Source of the DNA: a virus | Lineage: Duplodnaviria > Heunggongvirae > Uroviricota > Caudoviricetes | DNA: 37,528 bases | Direction: 5' to 3' (one strand) | Virus record (IMG/VR): IMGVR_UViG_2541047697_000003 | Shown here: piece by piece, positions 1-10,766 of the stretch | Layout: the number at the start of each line of letters is the position of its first letter | How positions within the stretch are numbered: position 1 is the first letter of the stretch | Translations under genes and position numbers: made by a program | The notes under the pieces: model-generated | What the model was told of the DNA's origin: nothing | Seen by the model: only the letters and a program-made list of their open reading frames with translations | Databases searched by the model: none

Positions 1-258
1 ATGCAAACCGTTATTTTTGGTCGTCCGGGTTGCCCTTACTGTGTGCGTGCAAAAGATCTGGCTGAGAAATTGAGCAATGAACGCGATGATTTCCAGTATC
101 AGTATGTAGATATTCGTGCGGAAGGGATCACTAAAGAAGATCTACAACAAAAGGCAGGTAAACCCGTAGAAACCGTGCCGCAGATTTTTGTCGATCAGCA
201 ACATATCGGCGGCTATACCGATTTTGCTGCATGGGTGAAAGAGAATCTGGACGCCTGA
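1..258 (+). CDS. grxA: glutaredoxin 1
   Basis: 85-aa ORF with an ATG start and a CPYC redox motif (GRPGCPYCVRAK); the translation reads as E. coli GrxA from memory. Confidence 0.9.
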   Translation: MQTVIFGRPGCPYCVRAKDLAEKLSNERDDFQYQYVDIRAEGITKEDLQQKAGKPVETVPQIFVDQQHIGGYTDFAAWVKENLDA

Positions 259-267
259 TCGTCTGAC

Positions 268-288
268 AAGCCCTCGCGTTGAGGGCTT
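268..288 (+). terminator. hairpin terminator between convergent grxA and ybjM
   Basis: Inverted repeat aagccctc / gagggctt with a 5-nt loop, followed by a T-rich tract (ttattgatttttt), immediately after the grxA stop. Confidence 0.5.
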
Positions 289-665
289 TATTGATTTTTT
301 CTGTGCTGTGGTTTAAACAAACTACTGATAAATAAGAAACACAATGCCCCCAGCGCACACCAGAACACCGCACTTAATAACCATGCCAGCTCTTGCCAGA
401 ATGAGCGCGTCGGTGAAAAAAACAGCCGCATAATGAGCATCGAACAGGGTGCCGCCAGCATTGCGCCAAACAGAGGTTTCAGGACTTCTCTACGATGTGA
501 AAAGAAGCTGGCAACTGCACCAGGAAGAATGAAAAATAGCAAACCGATTTCAGGATGCCCGGCAGCCCGAAAAGCGCCTTTCATGTGCGTCGCCAGAAAA
601 AGACACACCACAATGAAGAGGACAAAACAGCAGATTGCCCCCGCCCAACGTTGTTTATGTTTCAC
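288..665 (-). CDS. ybjM: inner membrane protein YbjM
   Basis: 125-aa hydrophobic ORF convergent with grxA; matches YbjM by length and sequence from memory; start is GTG per the ORF track. Confidence 0.8.
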   Translation of the reverse strand: MKHKQRWAGAICCFVLFIVVCLFLATHMKGAFRAAGHPEIGLLFFILPGAVASFFSHRREVLKPLFGAMLAAPCSMLIMRLFFSPTRSFWQELAWLLSAVFWCALGALCFLFISSLFKPQHRKNQ

Positions 666-934
666 TCGTTCCTCCTGACACTGCGTCTATCGAACACATT
701 TTTCGCCAGTGTGGCGTTCAGTAAGATAAAGCCGCTTCGCATTCCATGCTAATATAGGCCAACGCAATTCATATAGCCGTTGATACCTAATGTGATTACA
801 CTAGTAAAATATATTGTTACTTTACTATCGTTTAGGTGCGCTGAATGAATCTGCGCCCTGAATTCTGGTAAAAAACATTATCGTAAATTACCATTTCTTT
901 CAACAGCTTACTAGTAAACAAGAAGTTAGCCTCC

Positions 935-2620
935 GTGAATATAAACGTCGCCGAATTGTTAAATGGGAATTACATTCTGTTATTATTTGTGGTCCTCGCG
1001 CTTGGGCTATGTCTCGGGAAATTACGACTTGGTTCGATCCAACTGGGTAATTCCATTGGCGTTTTAGTCGTATCGCTGTTATTAGGCCAACAACATTTCA
1101 GCATTAACACCGACGCGCTTAATCTTGGCTTTATGCTGTTTATTTTCTGCGTCGGGGTCGAAGCCGGACCGAACTTTTTTTCCATTTTTTTTCGCGATGG
1201 GAAAAATTACCTAATGTTAGCACTGGTGATGGTTGGCAGTGCGCTGGTGATCGCCTTAGGGTTAGGTAAGCTGTTTGGCTGGGATATTGGCCTGACGGCC
1301 GGTATGTTAGCTGGCTCTATGACGTCGACACCGGTTCTGGTCGGTGCTGGCGATACACTGCGTCATTCCGGCATGGAAAGCAGGCAGCTCTCACTGGCAC
1401 TGGATAATCTGAGCCTCGGGTATGCCTTAACCTATTTAATCGGTCTGGTGAGTTTGATTGTTGGTGCGCGTTACTTGCCGAAATTGCAGCATCAGGACTT
1501 ACAGACCAGCGCCCAGCAAATCGCCCGCGAACGTGGCCTGGACACTGATGCCAACCGTAAGGTTTATTTACCGGTGATCCGCGCCTACCGCGTCGGCCCG
1601 GAGCTGGTGGCCTGGACCGACGGCAAAAATCTGCGTGAACTGGGTATTTATCGACAAACTGGCTGCTACATTGAACGTATTCGACGTAACGGGATTCTGG
1701 CGAATCCAGACGGTGATGCTGTGCTACAAATGGGCGATGAAATAGCGTTGGTAGGCTATCCCGACGCCCACGCACGACTCGATCCCAGCTTCCGTAACGG
1801 CAAAGAAGTTTTCGATCGTGACCTTCTCGACATGCGTATCGTCACTGAAGAAGTGGTCGTTAAAAACCATAACGCCGTGGGCAAACGTCTCGCACAACTG
1901 AAGTTGACCGATCACGGTTGCTTCCTTAACCGCGTCATTCGTAGCCAGATTGAGATGCCGATAGATGACAACGTCGTGCTTAACAAAGGTGACGTTTTAC
2001 AAGTCAGCGGCGATGCCCGTCGCGTAAAAACCATCGCCGATCGCATCGGCTTTATCTCGATTCACAGCCAGGTCACTGACTTGCTGGCATTCTGCGCCTT
2101 CTTTGTTATTGGGCTGATGATCGGGATGATCACCTTCCAGTTCAGCACATTCAGTTTCGGCATGGGGAACGCTGCCGGGTTGTTATTCGCCGGAATTATG
2201 CTGGGCTTTATGCGCGCTAACCACCCGACCTTCGGTTACATTCCGCAGGGTGCATTAAGCATGGTGAAAGAGTTCGGCTTAATGGTGTTTATGGCAGGCG
2301 TTGGTCTGAGCGCCGGTAGCGGTATTAATAACGGCCTGGGCGCGATTGGCGGTCAGATGTTGATTGCCGGATTGATTGTCAGTCTTGTGCCAGTGGTTAT
2401 CTGTTTCTTGTTCGGTGCTTATGTATTGCGAATGAACCGCGCACTGTTGTTCGGCGCAATGATGGGCGCACGCACCTGCGCGCCGGCAATGGAGATCATC
2501 AGTGATACAGCTCGCAGTAACATCCCGGCGCTGGGCTATGCGGGCACCTATGCAATCGCCAACGTCCTGCTGACGCTGGCAGGGACAATCATCGTCATGG
2601 TATGGCCAGGATTAGGATAA
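935..2620 (+). CDS. ybjL: putative AAE-family transporter YbjL
   Basis: 561-aa ORF with a GTG start; hydrophobic N- and C-terminal membrane domains flank a soluble central region, typical of YbjL/YidE-type transporters. Confidence 0.85.
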
Positions 2621-2732
2621 AACTGAAGTTGCCCTGAAAATGAAATTTTTTTGCACAACCGCAGAACTTTTCCGCAGGGCATCAGTCTTAATTAGTGCCA
2701 CTGCTTTTCTTTGATGTCCCCATTTTGTGGAG

Positions 2733-2776
2733 CCCATCAACCCCGCCATTTCGGTTCAAGGTTGATGGGTTTTTTG
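2733..2776 (+). terminator. putative intrinsic terminator downstream of ybjL, near the prophage left junction
   Basis: 10-bp stem cccatcaacc / ggttgatggg followed by tttttt; the loop is long (about 17 nt), so confidence is moderate. Confidence 0.4.
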
Positions 2777-2855
2777 TTGCCTGAAATTTAAGCTGTTTAA
2801 AATCATGATGTTAGAAACACTGTTTTTTAACGATGGCGACAAAATGGCGGCAGCG

Positions 2856-3074
2856 TCAAAGAGAGAGCGCCACCTGTCCTGATTTCATTGGATGCGGCTG
2901 AACCGGATTTGACTCTTTTGGCGTTGCAATCGAACGAACAAAAGTTTCATGGGTAACAAAAGTATGGCTGCAGTTAATGTTCTGGCACTGGTTGTAACGC
3001 TCTTTGGTCAATGAAGATACCTGAAAACTGCTGCGAGTATGGGCGGCACTTCCACACAGTGGGCAAATCATCAT
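2856..3074 (-). CDS. ogr: Ogr/B-family zinc-finger late transcription activator
   Basis: 72 aa from the ATG at 3074 (track start is an upstream GTG); CPLCG...CQNINC Cys4 pattern and overall similarity to P2 Ogr / 186 B (MMICPLCGSAAHTRSS...TKERYNQCQNINCSHTF). Confidence 0.8.
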   Translation of the reverse strand: MMICPLCGSAAHTRSSFQVSSLTKERYNQCQNINCSHTFVTHETFVRSIATPKESNPVQPHPMKSGQVALSL

Positions 3075-3164
3075 TTTTCGAGTTCTCCCCATTTTTGCTA
3101 AATTCACAATAATGATACCGCATTATTCCATTTTGCAAACTTAAAAGTTCTCCATTGCGAAGAA

Positions 3165-4265
3165 TCATTCCATTTCGAAATCATCAATCCTCACTTCAAG
3201 CTCCAGACTGGTTGTAAAACCGTTATCGGGGCTGACGGTATGCGTCAGAGTCGTAATGGTCCATTCCGCATCATCTATCGGCTGTTTAAAGCCACTGACC
3301 TTCACAGGCATTTCTGTGTAGAGATCTGCCCGCCCTTCCGCCAGTTGTAGCGAGAATGATGCAACGCCGCGTTGCAGGCGTTCCCACTGCATTTTCGCTG
3401 CCCGTTCAGCGTTGCTTCGGTTGGCATAAGTGCGATTAAGTACCAGCACGTTTTCATCCGTACCCACCAGGTAATCGCCCTGCTTCGCTTCTGGCTCTTT
3501 CTTCTGCTTCTTAGTTCTGCGCTTACGCTTCACCGTGGTGCTTTCTTTCTTCGCGGGTTCGCGGGTATGCAACCAGCTGGCAATTACGCCCGTGTAGGCT
3601 CCGCGATCTGCCAGGGTAAAGCGGTGACTGTCGCCGTCCTTGCGTGTGATAGTGATCACCGGCAGTGGTTTACCAGTGGCGCTTTTGCCCTGTCCCTGCC
3701 GGATGAATAACAGATTGCCATTTTTCACCGACGCGATGGCACCGTACTGGCGCGCCAGCCGCATCAGAAAACTGCCGTCACTCTCATTAGTCTGGTCTAT
3801 ATGCTCCACGGGCTTATCCGACAGGTCTTTACCCAGTGCCATCTTCAGCTTGTGACGCGCGGCTATTTCCTTCACCACTTCCCCGACAGTGGTCTTGTGC
3901 CACGATTTTTCACGGCGGGTATTCAGCGTTTCCCTAAAATCAGCACTTCGCGCCCGGATAGTCAGGCGATCCGGTGCGCCAGTGTGTTCAATCTCGTCCA
4001 CCGTGAATGCCCCTTTCGGGAAAAGCGGCTGCCCCTTCCAGCCCAGCGCCAGCGTGATGACCGCACCACGGCGCGGCAGCACGATTTTTCCGTCGGCGTC
4101 GTCCAGTTCCAGATCAAGCTGGTCTGCTTCAAAGCCCCGATTGTCCGTCAGCGTCAGACTCATCAGGCGGTTATCCAGCACAGTGGTGATATCCTTTCCC
4201 TCAATACTGATGCTGAATGCGGGAGTTTTGTTGCCTTTGTTAAGCAGTTCAGAGCTGAAATTCAC
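3165..4265 (-). CDS. D: tail protein gpD-like
   Basis: 366-aa ORF immediately after U in P2 order; GTG start overlaps the U stop (GTGA). Confidence 0.75.
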   Translation of the reverse strand: MNFSSELLNKGNKTPAFSISIEGKDITTVLDNRLMSLTLTDNRGFEADQLDLELDDADGKIVLPRRGAVITLALGWKGQPLFPKGAFTVDEIEHTGAPDRLTIRARSADFRETLNTRREKSWHKTTVGEVVKEIAARHKLKMALGKDLSDKPVEHIDQTNESDGSFLMRLARQYGAIASVKNGNLLFIRQGQGKSATGKPLPVITITRKDGDSHRFTLADRGAYTGVIASWLHTREPAKKESTTVKRKRRTKKQKKEPEAKQGDYLVGTDENVLVLNRTYANRSNAERAAKMQWERLQRGVASFSLQLAEGRADLYTEMPVKVSGFKQPIDDAEWTITTLTHTVSPDNGFTTSLELEVRIDDFEME

Positions 4266-4747
4266 GACAGCAGCCCTCCCACCGTTTTACTGATATCGCT
4301 TAAGGCAGACGTTGCCGTATCCTGCAAATTATTCAGCTGCGCACTGAGATCACCGAACATATCGGACAGGGATTCATCCACCCGTTTGAGCGACAGGGTG
4401 AACTCAATCCGGCGCGGCATACCATCGCGGAAAAACTCCGTTTTAGTCTGATTCAGTCCCTCAATCACATACATGCCGTAAATCGTGCCGCTGCCTTCAA
4501 TCAGGGGCCATGCTTTTCCCTGTTCTGCCATCTGCTCCAGAGCCAGCAACGACAGCCTGCCGCCCGTTATCTCCGGCATAAGAACACCAGAAAGCGTCAG
4601 CATGTCGTTGTCCGGTCCCAGAAACTGCATGGACGGACGTCGGTTGACCCGGCTGTTTGCCGCATGTCGCCAGCTGCGTTGATACTGCAGTTCCTGATAC
4701 GGCACAGTGCGCAGCATAAACACGTACAATCCCAGCACCATCATCAT
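4262..4747 (-). CDS. U: tail protein gpU-like
   Basis: 161-aa ORF with an ATG start overlapping the T stop; position and size fit P2 gpU. Confidence 0.85.
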   Translation of the reverse strand: MMMVLGLYVFMLRTVPYQELQYQRSWRHAANSRVNRRPSMQFLGPDNDMLTLSGVLMPEITGGRLSLLALEQMAEQGKAWPLIEGSGTIYGMYVIEGLNQTKTEFFRDGMPRRIEFTLSLKRVDESLSDMFGDLSAQLNNLQDTATSALSDISKTVGGLLS

Positions 4748-7700
4748 GCGTAGTATCCCCCCTGATCGCTGTAGTTACTCCTGGCTTTTGCCTTCAGCCT
4801 GCGTTCACGTTCATCAAGCTGGCGGGCCACCTCCCGCGCAATATCCTGCGCACTTTGTCCTGGCTGCGTCTGAATGATGATCTGCGTCGGTGCCTCAATC
4901 CGTTGAACGGGCGGCACAGTGGCTGCACGACTCACCATCGCTTCGCCGCCTTTCGAGGGAAGTGCCAAAGGATGCAACGGTGGAAGCTCTGCAGGCGCGG
5001 CAGCAACGCCCATCATTCCGGCAACAACGGCAGCCAGTGAAGCTGTATTTCTCCGGCTGGTCACATTTGCCGGGCCGTTAACAATTTCCGGCCCGTTTTC
5101 ACCGACGATGCCAAACTGCCCGCGCGGGATATAGCCGCCGCTGTCATACATCCCCGCTAAGCCATATCCCCATGACGGAAAACCACCCGATGGCATCATC
5201 ACTTTACCGTCTGCATTCACCGTCGCAGGTTGCTGACGCGTCACGCTTTCCGGCAGTTTCGCCTTTGCGGCCTCTTTACTGACAATGCCGAGTTTTTCCA
5301 GCAACCAGGATACGCCGGATTTCAGGGAGTCCAGCGGATGCATGACCATATTCAGCCCTTCCGCCAGCGCCTCCCCGAATCGTCGCCCCATTGCCGCTGC
5401 GCTCTGCAGTTCGGCAGAAGTCGACTTAACGGGCGTCAGCAAATCAGTAAACCAGCCCCACAGCGCCTGCACTTTGTCGCCAATCCACTGGAACACAGGC
5501 TTAAGCGGTTCGAATGCGGCACTGATGGGTCCTGCCGCCGCTTTGAATCCTTCCACCACGCCACCGAGAAATGCGGTGATGGGTTGCCAGTATTTCCAGA
5601 CAACCAGCGCCACGCCCGCCAGTGCAGTAACCACAAGACCTATCGGACTTAGCAGAGCACCTAACAGACCAGATATGGCATACAGGGCAACGCGCAGCAT
5701 CGCCAGCGGACCAGATGCAAGCACACGAAGCACCGCGCCTACGGCAGCCAGTCCACCGCGCAGTACCGCCAGAGGATTCATAAACATCACAGCAACAGCA
5801 CGTAAACCGGATAATCCAGACCGCAATAGTGCAACCGGCGCACCTGCTACAGTTTTCAGGACATTTCCCGTCAGTGATGCCGTACGGCGCAAAGACGACA
5901 ACGGCGTAGTAAGTAAACCTGCGGCGTTACCCGATGAAGCAAGCCCGCGTCGCAGCAGTGCCAGTGGAGCGCCAGCCAGCCAGGACAACGCGCTGCTGGT
6001 TCGTGTTACTGCTGCCGTAACGGAAGGTAACGTTTTGATACCCAGCACAGAGAATCCCAGACGGATGACTGCCAGCGGCCCCAGCACTGCAGCCAGCGCC
6101 ACAGCCAAGGTGCCGAGGCCTACGGTAACCGCAGCCACAATAGCGGCTACTTTCATCAGTGTGCCTGTCAGTTCCGGGTTAGCTTCCACCCAGCGGCGCA
6201 ACGCCCCCGTGATGCTTTTCACCGTGTACAGAATATCCATCAGCGGCTGGCGCAGCGTTTCGCCCAGGCTGCTAAAGGTGTTCTGCGCTCCGGTTTTGAC
6301 CAGCAACCACTGAGCAGAAAGTGAGTCCTTATTGATGTCGGATTCTTTCTGCATGGAGCCGAGCGCATCATTGCCCGCTGTCAGTTTTAGCTGGCGCTGC
6401 AGTTCCGGCAGGTTGTTTGCCAGTTTCGCCGCGTCATCGCCAAACTCTTTACCAAACAACATGGTCATGGCAGACAGGCGCTTATCCTGCGGCAGTGCGT
6501 TCACCTTCTCCAGTACGCGCTGGATGGTTCCCATCGCATCCTTCGTCATCTGCTTTTCAATCACTTCAGGATTGAGTTTCAGCAGATTCATCCCTTCAAA
6601 GAAACTCTTGCTTTGCATGGTGGCAATGGACAATTCACGCACCATCGCGTTTGCTGCACTGGCTGCAACCTCCGGCGCAGCACCCAGTGTCAGGAAGGTG
6701 GAACCCAGCGCCGCCGCTTTACGATAATCCAGACGATCAGCCACACCGCCCAGGCGTTGCATGACATCAATGATGTCCGCCCCTTTCGACATGGCGTTAT
6801 CATCCAGATAGTTCAGCGCATCACCGAGCTGTTCAATATTGCGGGTAGGGATTTTGTAGAGCTGGGCGATTTTCCCCAGACTTTCTGACAGCTCATCCGC
6901 TGGCAGTTCAAAGGCTGTTGCCGCCTTTGCCGCCGTGCTGGCGAAGGCCAGCAGGTCACGTTTCTGGTCTTCCCAGCTGTCGTCAGGGTTTGCGACGTTC
7001 ATGCGCGCCCCACCTTCAACCAGTGCGGCGAAGTCCACCGCACCGTTTTCCATCGGCAACTGTTCGCTGGCAGCCTTGATGGCATCCTGCATTTCATAAA
7101 AACGTGCAGTGCGGTTGCCATTATCGTCACGCAGACCATTGACCTGCTTTGCCACACCTTTCATGGCATCTTCCATGCTGGTATAGCTTTTTACTGCCGC
7201 CATCACTGGCGTCCCCATTGCCAGCCCTGCCGCCGTGGTGGTGGCTCCGACTCCTGCGATGCGATCGCGCACCTCCAGCGAACGGGCATAACTGGCACGC
7301 GCTGCATTCATCCTGCGCTGAGCTTCCCCCAGTCGCTTCAGCCGCGCCTCCTGTTTCGACAGTTCCTGGTTATAACGTGATGTTTCACGGGCTAAACGGG
7401 CAGTTGCTCCCGCATCATCTTTCGCAGAAATTCCCGCCCGGTACAGTTCAGCACGCACAAGCACCGTTTGCTTCTGCAAGTATTTTTGTTGTTCTTCCAG
7501 GCGTTGGACTGCCAGCGTTTGCCGACCTAAAGCCATAAGGTGCCGTTGTGATGGTTGTTCCATCGCCTCCAGCTCAGAGCTAAGCAAATTAGCCTTCTGT
7601 CTGGCATAGTTCAGCCTGTCGCCTAACTTCTTGTTATCGGCCTGCAGCTTGCGAAATTTTTCCAGGCTGTTACCCGCCTGATTGAGTTGCTTTAATGCGT

Positions 7701-7821
7701 CACGGGAGTTTCTGATTGCGCCAGCCAGCTCTTTCGAACTGGCCTGTGCAGCACGGAATGGGCGGGTGAGTTTGTCAACCGCATTAAGAATGACCTGCAG
7801 GCGCAGGTTATTATCACTCAT
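4744..7821 (-). CDS. T: tail tape measure protein gpT-like
   Basis: 1025-aa ORF with N-terminal coiled-coil-like charged repeats, a central Ala/Gly/Leu-rich hydrophobic block and a C-terminal domain; sits between E/E' and U. Confidence 0.85.
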   Translation of the reverse strand: MSDNNLRLQVILNAVDKLTRPFRAAQASSKELAGAIRNSRDALKQLNQAGNSLEKFRKLQADNKKLGDRLNYARQKANLLSSELEAMEQPSQRHLMALGRQTLAVQRLEEQQKYLQKQTVLVRAELYRAGISAKDDAGATARLARETSRYNQELSKQEARLKRLGEAQRRMNAARASYARSLEVRDRIAGVGATTTAAGLAMGTPVMAAVKSYTSMEDAMKGVAKQVNGLRDDNGNRTARFYEMQDAIKAASEQLPMENGAVDFAALVEGGARMNVANPDDSWEDQKRDLLAFASTAAKAATAFELPADELSESLGKIAQLYKIPTRNIEQLGDALNYLDDNAMSKGADIIDVMQRLGGVADRLDYRKAAALGSTFLTLGAAPEVAASAANAMVRELSIATMQSKSFFEGMNLLKLNPEVIEKQMTKDAMGTIQRVLEKVNALPQDKRLSAMTMLFGKEFGDDAAKLANNLPELQRQLKLTAGNDALGSMQKESDINKDSLSAQWLLVKTGAQNTFSSLGETLRQPLMDILYTVKSITGALRRWVEANPELTGTLMKVAAIVAAVTVGLGTLAVALAAVLGPLAVIRLGFSVLGIKTLPSVTAAVTRTSSALSWLAGAPLALLRRGLASSGNAAGLLTTPLSSLRRTASLTGNVLKTVAGAPVALLRSGLSGLRAVAVMFMNPLAVLRGGLAAVGAVLRVLASGPLAMLRVALYAISGLLGALLSPIGLVVTALAGVALVVWKYWQPITAFLGGVVEGFKAAAGPISAAFEPLKPVFQWIGDKVQALWGWFTDLLTPVKSTSAELQSAAAMGRRFGEALAEGLNMVMHPLDSLKSGVSWLLEKLGIVSKEAAKAKLPESVTRQQPATVNADGKVMMPSGGFPSWGYGLAGMYDSGGYIPRGQFGIVGENGPEIVNGPANVTSRRNTASLAAVVAGMMGVAAAPAELPPLHPLALPSKGGEAMVSRAATVPPVQRIEAPTQIIIQTQPGQSAQDIAREVARQLDERERRLKAKARSNYSDQGGYYA

Positions 7822-8250
7822 CGTTGGCCCCGCTTCTCTGAATCGCTTTATACCGCCATTCCAGCACTTCGGTCAGCGGCATAACGTCAGTAACGGATGG
7901 CGGCCAGTGAAAAATGGTGGCGATATCTGCCACCAGATCGTCAACCGTCAGGCTGTCGGTAAACCGGCAAGCACCGACTTCTTCAACAAAAAAGTGACAA
8001 CCTCAACCGACATTGCTGTGAGATCTGCCGGGTCCATCTCTGCGATTTCCTGTGCAGTCAGTGCCGGACTGGAGATGCGGGGGATCACGGTCATCATCGC
8101 GTTCACATCCATATCCATAATGGCCTGCAGGCGTGTGCCGCGCAGCGCACCAGACTGAGGTTTACGCAGCACAATTTCGGTAATTTCTGTTTTACCGCGC
8201 TTGATGGCGGTATCCAGTTGAATGGTCTTTTCAGTCTGCTTATCACTCAT
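7814..8250 (-). CDS. gpE+E' product of a programmed -1 frameshift (extension in the -1 frame from the slippery site to a TGA at 7814-7816)
   Basis: Slippery T TTT TTG at 7987-7993 on the minus strand; the -1 frame stays open for 58 codons (FFVEEVGACRFTDSLTVDDLVADIATIF...RSGANDE) and stops just inside the T start codon region, as in P2 E/E'. Confidence 0.6.
7948..8250 (-). CDS. E: tail assembly chaperone gpE-like
   Basis: 100-aa ORF between FII and T; contains the slippery heptamer T-TTT-TTG near its 3' end. Confidence 0.8.
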   Translation of the reverse strand: MSDKQTEKTIQLDTAIKRGKTEITEIVLRKPQSGALRGTRLQAIMDMDVNAMMTVIPRISSPALTAQEIAEMDPADLTAMSVEVVTFLLKKSVLAGLPTA

Positions 8251-8304
8251 TTTGCTGTCCTGTAAATTGGGTTCTGGCGCGGTATCCCGCGCCGTTCAGA
8301 TATA

Positions 8305-8820
8305 TCAGAGGCCGAGGGCGTTGCGGTGCGCTTCCATCAGGTCCATACCGTCCACAATTTCCACCATGTTGATAAGGTCCACTTCATAGAGCACCTCACC
8401 ATTGATGGTCAGCTTCGCGTAGCTGTTGGTACTGGTCACTTTGGTGGTGTTGCTTTCGCCCGTCTTCCACTCGCCGGAATCCACTTCTTTGTGACGTCCA
8501 CGCACCACAAGCTCCACGGCCTGCACTTCTCCGGTATCGTCACGCTGGATAGAGCCAGTAAAGCGCAACTGGATGCCATCCACCGTGGCTTTGCCCATCT
8601 GCTTAAACAGCAGCAGTTCAGTACCACCAATGGAAAATTCTGTGTCCAGCGCACTGTCATCAAGCCCCAGATCCACATCAACTGCACCAGGCATTCCGCC
8701 GCCGCGATACTTCTCATATTTGCGGGTGAATTTCGGCAGCGTCAGCGACTCTACGATCCCCTGCCAGTTGTTCCCGTCGTTAAACAGGTTCAGATGTTTT
8801 AATTTGCGTGGTAAAGCCAT
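8305..8820 (-). CDS. FII: tail tube protein FII-like
   Basis: 171-aa ORF downstream of FI; size and position fit P2 FII. Confidence 0.9.
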   Translation of the reverse strand: MALPRKLKHLNLFNDGNNWQGIVESLTLPKFTRKYEKYRGGGMPGAVDVDLGLDDSALDTEFSIGGTELLLFKQMGKATVDGIQLRFTGSIQRDDTGEVQAVELVVRGRHKEVDSGEWKTGESNTTKVTSTNSYAKLTINGEVLYEVDLINMVEIVDGMDLMEAHRNALGL

Positions 8821-8829
8821 GTTGTCCCC

Positions 8830-10002
8830 TTACGCGCTGACCTGGCTGGCGAAATTCACCAGGTACTGATCGGTGATGCGCTGGCGCAGCATCAGATTTT
8901 CAAGTGGCGGCACTGGCGTGTAGTCATAGTCGATGGTGAGTTTTCCGGCTTTCAGCGAGTCTTTGTCGTTCACCGACTCATCCAGCCAGCAATCACCACC
9001 AATGAGATAGCCCTGACTGACCAGGCTGCGCATTTTGGCGCGGATACCTTCGATAATGTCGCGGGCCAGCGACGGGTTAAGCGGTTTATCCACCGCCCAC
9101 ATGTGTGCTTCTGCCATCGTGTCCATCAGCACCTGCGCCGTGCGGGTGTAGTTTTCGAAGGCAAAGAGCGGGTCATCACTCAGGCAGCGGGAACCCCAGA
9201 AGCGGAAACCGTCCTTGCGCACAAGCGTGGTGACGTCGTTCTGGTTCAGCAGACCTGCATCGGTTGCCGGGTCCTGCAGATCCCAGAACACATCAGCAGA
9301 AATTCCGGTGACACCGTTCACGCCCACGTTGGACAGGCTTTTGTGCCATCCAGTCTGCTCATCAATTTTGGCGCGCAGACCGAGCGCACGAGCGGTGGCA
9401 TATGCCGTTGCTTCGGCATTCAGCACCGTGTCCCAGCCAGTAAAGTCAGGCCAGATCAGCATCCCTTCGCGCTGGCTGAAGTTTTCGCGGTAAGTGATCG
9501 CCTCCTGCGCTGTCTTGCAGCCATACGCTGACAGGTAAGCAAACCCACGCAGGCTTTGCGCCACGCTCAGCAACTCAGTAGCTACCGCCTTGGTGTCGTG
9601 GCCTGGCACGCCGAGAATGCGCGGTTTAACGCCGAGCTGTGACTGGGCAGATAACAGGGCTTTCATACCTGTTTTTTTACCTTCAGCAGTCACTGCGCCG
9701 ATGATATTGGTCGTGGTTTCTTCTTCCGTTTCACCCTGCGGCACACGCACAACAACGGTCACGGGTTTTGCCTGGTCAGCGATGGCGTCCAGCGAACGGG
9801 CCAGCGTACCGGACTCACCCGCTTTACCGCTGGCAGTCAGCACATCAGTGATCAGCACTGGTTTATTAAGAGGAAACATTTTTGCATCGGCATCATCGCC
9901 CGTGCAGACCATACCCACGATGGCGGTGCTCACCGTGGTAATGGATCGGGTACCTTCGTTGACTTCAACAACGCGCACCCCGTGGTGGTAATCCTGAGCC
10001 AT
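8830..10002 (-). CDS. FI: contractile tail sheath protein FI-like
   Basis: 390-aa ORF heading the FI-FII-E-T-U-D operon. Confidence 0.9.
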   Translation of the reverse strand: MAQDYHHGVRVVEVNEGTRSITTVSTAIVGMVCTGDDADAKMFPLNKPVLITDVLTASGKAGESGTLARSLDAIADQAKPVTVVVRVPQGETEEETTTNIIGAVTAEGKKTGMKALLSAQSQLGVKPRILGVPGHDTKAVATELLSVAQSLRGFAYLSAYGCKTAQEAITYRENFSQREGMLIWPDFTGWDTVLNAEATAYATARALGLRAKIDEQTGWHKSLSNVGVNGVTGISADVFWDLQDPATDAGLLNQNDVTTLVRKDGFRFWGSRCLSDDPLFAFENYTRTAQVLMDTMAEAHMWAVDKPLNPSLARDIIEGIRAKMRSLVSQGYLIGGDCWLDESVNDKDSLKAGKLTIDYDYTPVPPLENLMLRQRITDQYLVNFASQVSA

Positions 10003-10078
10003 AGTGGCGAACCTCCTGATTGGATTAGGCTTCGCCCTATGTTGAAGTTATTGTGCCTGACAAACAGCTAAGCGCAGT

Positions 10079-10096
10079 TGTACCGTTATTCACACA
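10079..10096 (-). promoter_or_regulatory. putative Ogr-dependent late promoter element upstream of FI
   Basis: TGT-N12-ACA partial dyad (tgtaccgttattcacaca) centred about 85 bp upstream of the FI ATG; the same tgtacc...cacacaaa core recurs in the O/P intergenic region. Confidence 0.5.
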
Positions 10097-10144
10097 AAAT
10101 GACGGTATTTGTCTGCTTTCAGGGATAATCAAAATAAAGCTGAT

Positions 10145-10711
10145 TCAGGGAGATTCATTGCTCTTATTTGCCGGAAATTTTCGATAAATTGTAGAAACGC
10201 CTACATCAAAAATCAGTGCAATACGCTGTCTTGATTCTCCGGCCTTGAGTAAACGCCCAATCTGTGCCCACTGTTCGCTGGTCAACTTAGGACGGCGTCC
10301 ACCTACTCTGCCTTTAACACGAGCTGCAGCCAGCCCTGCCCTGGTACGTTCAACTATCAGTTCGCGTTCCATTTCAGCCAGGGCACCCATGACATGAAAA
10401 AAGAAACGGCCCATTGGGGTACTGGTATCAATACTGTCAGTCAGGTTTCGGAAATTCACGCCACGCTGGCGCAACTCTTCTATCAGCGTAACAAGATGCC
10501 GCATACTGCGCCCTAACCTGTCCAGCTTCCAGACAACCAGAGTGTCTCCTGCCGATAGTGTCCTGAGCAGTTTTTTCAGCCCCGGTCTTTCGGACTTAGT
10601 GCCACTGATTTTGTCCTCAAAAATCCGCTCACATCCCGCGCAGTTCAGTGCATTACGTTGCAAATCGGTGTTCTGGTCATTTGTTGACACGCGTACATAG
10701 CCAATAAGCAT
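10145..10711 (-). CDS. serine-recombinase DNA invertase (Gin/Hin/Cin/Pin family)
   Basis: 188 aa from the ATG at 10711; N-terminus MLIGYVRVSTNDQNTDLQRNAL with the catalytic Ser, and C-terminal HTH; near-identical in pattern to Mu Gin / P1 Cin. Confidence 0.9.
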   Translation of the reverse strand: MLIGYVRVSTNDQNTDLQRNALNCAGCERIFEDKISGTKSERPGLKKLLRTLSAGDTLVVWKLDRLGRSMRHLVTLIEELRQRGVNFRNLTDSIDTSTPMGRFFFHVMGALAEMERELIVERTRAGLAAARVKGRVGGRRPKLTSEQWAQIGRLLKAGESRQRIALIFDVGVSTIYRKFPANKSNESP

Positions 10712-10766
10712 GATCAATCCCCTGAATAAATACCGGGGATGATGCCAGTTAGCCGTTACCTCTGCA

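Noticed and set aside
2974-3168. 64-aa minus-strand ORF overlapping the ogr start region
   Set aside because: Overlaps ogr in another frame; ogr has the zinc-finger signature and this ORF has none.
5285-6313. 342-aa plus-strand ORF (and several other 60-140-aa plus-strand ORFs between 4855 and 7538) inside the tape measure gene
   Set aside because: Antisense to a well-supported 1025-aa structural gene; Ala/Ser/Pro/Arg-rich low-complexity translation typical of spurious ORFs in GC-rich DNA.
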